Shown piece after piece: positions 62,050 to 64,000 of a DNA stretch of 64,000 bases (its first letter is position 1; each line of letters begins with the position of its first letter). The stretch spans positions 1 to 64,000 of the forward strand of contig JAAPAO010000023.1 of NCBI GenBank assembly GCA_013115145.1, written 5' to 3'. The notes below the pieces were generated by a model. The model saw nothing but the letters and a program-made list of their open reading frames with translations. It was not told the origin of the DNA and ran no database searches. Source of the DNA: Perkinsus chesapeaki ATCC PRA-425 (lineage: Eukaryota > Protista > Perkinsozoa). The position numbers and the translations under genes are program-made.

Positions 62050-64000
62050 TAATCACTAATTGACAACAAGAACATAACCCATCTACCTTATTCGCCTCCT
62101 GGAATTTATTCTTGGTCTCCTCCAAACCAGCTTCATCAATCAATCCTATTTCAAGCATCAAATTCCGTAATTCGTCCGATGCCTTCTCCAACTCATCATC
62201 CTAAATTGATAAAGGTATCTTAGCTCCATGCGCGCCCCAAGCATCACCTTCGGAACTTGGCACCTGGCAACTAGCAGGAAGGCGGCTTGAGCCACTGGAC
62301 TGCCGTATCGGGCCTCAACAGCATTAATCTGACAAGCCAAGCTATCTCACATAAGTAAACTTTCTTGGCCCAACACTGTAAAAAACATAATCTTAATTTG
62401 CTCGTCATAGCGTGGCATATTTCCCACCATAAGTCGAAGCCGCTACCGGTTCAAGGTTCAACAGGAAGATACGCCTTTTCGAACGAATGTTCTTTTCATT
62501 TCCCTCTTGCATCCTAATAACTGTAATACGCCACAAGTCCCATTCTCAGTCGTCTCAAAAACCGGACAAAAGGTTACTGCAACAAGTACGGGTAAATGGC
62601 AGGGACAAAAGCAACAGTTGGATTGTGTCCTACCTTAACATTAACAGACATCATCTTCAACACCTGTTTATTCGCCTTAATTTCCTCCTCAGTGGCCCCA
62701 CTACTTTGCGGCAGCTAACAAGGTAAACGCTAACAGGCCCACTCTACCCGCTTTAGTAGTACATCCGCATCATCGTCATCATCCTTGCTATTCTTTGCCT
62801 TAATGAGAACGTCGCAAAACTCTCTCATATACCGCAAAACCTGCAGAGGAAACATCTCAACACAAAGACCCCTGAAATTCATTATATATACTAATAACTA
62901 TATTCATTATATATACTAATAACTATACTTATTATATATACTAATAACTATTATACCGTTATAAGTATAGTTATAGTAGTAGCTAGTACAGCTATTAGTT
63001 ATATACGTTTAATGTAATTAAATTGCACTAATCGATCAACCGTTCCATACACGACATTCACAATTGACTCTAGTAAGTGACCGGAAATCCCCCCCGATGA
63101 GTCCCACCAGATGTCACTTCAGAAGAACATATTCCCTAACCGAATTACCATCCTATAGATGCAACCATATATGAGTAAACTCTTCACGGCTCTCTCATTT
63201 CCCACCTCATTTCTACCTTGCTGCGCTCGTCCAGTTTCTTTATCTCCTCAAGCTCGGGTGAATCGACCCACGTACCCTCACTAACATCCACCTTGGTGCC
63301 CGCCGGCAACTGAGGTCATTATTAAAACGGTCTGCCCTGTGCCATATCACCTTTTTCATAGTAACCAGTCCGGGGCCCTCGAATTTAGTAGGGATCTCTG
63401 GCGTTAGGTAGGGACAGCACATATCCATGGTATTGTCATCAGTAAACCGGATGATATACCTACCAGTGGAGTGCAGCGTCATATTTAGACTTCATCCTAA
63501 CCACATGAACCGGTTTAGTCTACCTTGATAAAGGGAAAACGATTTATTATTTTACAATTGCCTTTTAGTATTCTTTATTGATAATAAAGTAACATAGGAG
63601 GCAATTACTAATAAATTATTATACCAAAATTCCGCCAAGTCTTACGGGACATTAGGCCCTTGAGTTCCATCTATAGCAAGATGTACGTTGAGTAACATCG
63701 GCTCCCTACTAACATCAACCATATAACTGGCTTCCTGAGACTGTCCCATAACCATAACGTGCATCTTATGGCCATCCTCGAACTGCATAACCTAAATGGT
63801 ATCCAAGGTTGAAGCGTGCAAGATACAAAGTAGGTTACTTGTGAGTATCCACCAAGCTTTTCAGTAACAGTTCCTTTCCATGACCCCATTAGTTTCTTCT
63901 CTACCGATGCCGTATAACATGCATTCCTCAACGCCTTCAAGTTATCAATATCACCCTAACCAAAAGCAGCGTAACTCAACTACTCCAAACAGATGTCACA
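62050..64000 (-). mobile_element. decayed retroelement-like coding remnants
   Basis: Stop-riddled, intron-free protein-like frames including QAAFLLVARCQVPKVM (resembles the post-RT 'LL.R.C..P+' motif of CRE/R2-type non-LTR elements) and IIRFTDD. Interrupted by an AT-rich repeat. Confidence 0.35.
62878..62952. repeat. 25-bp AT-rich tandem repeat, 3 copies
   Basis: attatatatactaataactat(attc/actt) x3. Confidence 0.8.

Overview
Gene-dense eukaryotic protist DNA, inferred to be a Perkinsus-like alveolate. The inference rests on mixed base composition, many ~40-60 nt GT-AG introns, CRT-family transporters and an apicomplexan-style mitochondrial uL13; no search was run. Recognisable genes, in order: 3' end of a P5-type ATPase, a truncated LSm3, two NHL/beta-propeller proteins, a coiled-coil protein, mitochondrial uL13, two Pro-rich secreted proteins, GPR180/TMEM145, ERD2, a 5'-truncated Ariadne RBR ligase, an Elongin-A/TFIIS-N protein, a protein kinase, a MidA/NDUFAF7-like methyltransferase carrying a signal peptide and Cys-rich repeats, a CLC-CRT-CRT-CLC transporter block, a FEN1/XPG-like nuclease and a tail-anchored protein. 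Between them lie decayed retroelement remnants, minisatellites, a ~100-N gap and two perfect 19-bp-arm palindromes. One palindrome abuts a 173-bp fragment of a paralog of the methyltransferase. Exon boundaries were read by eye, so multi-exon gene coordinates are approximate.
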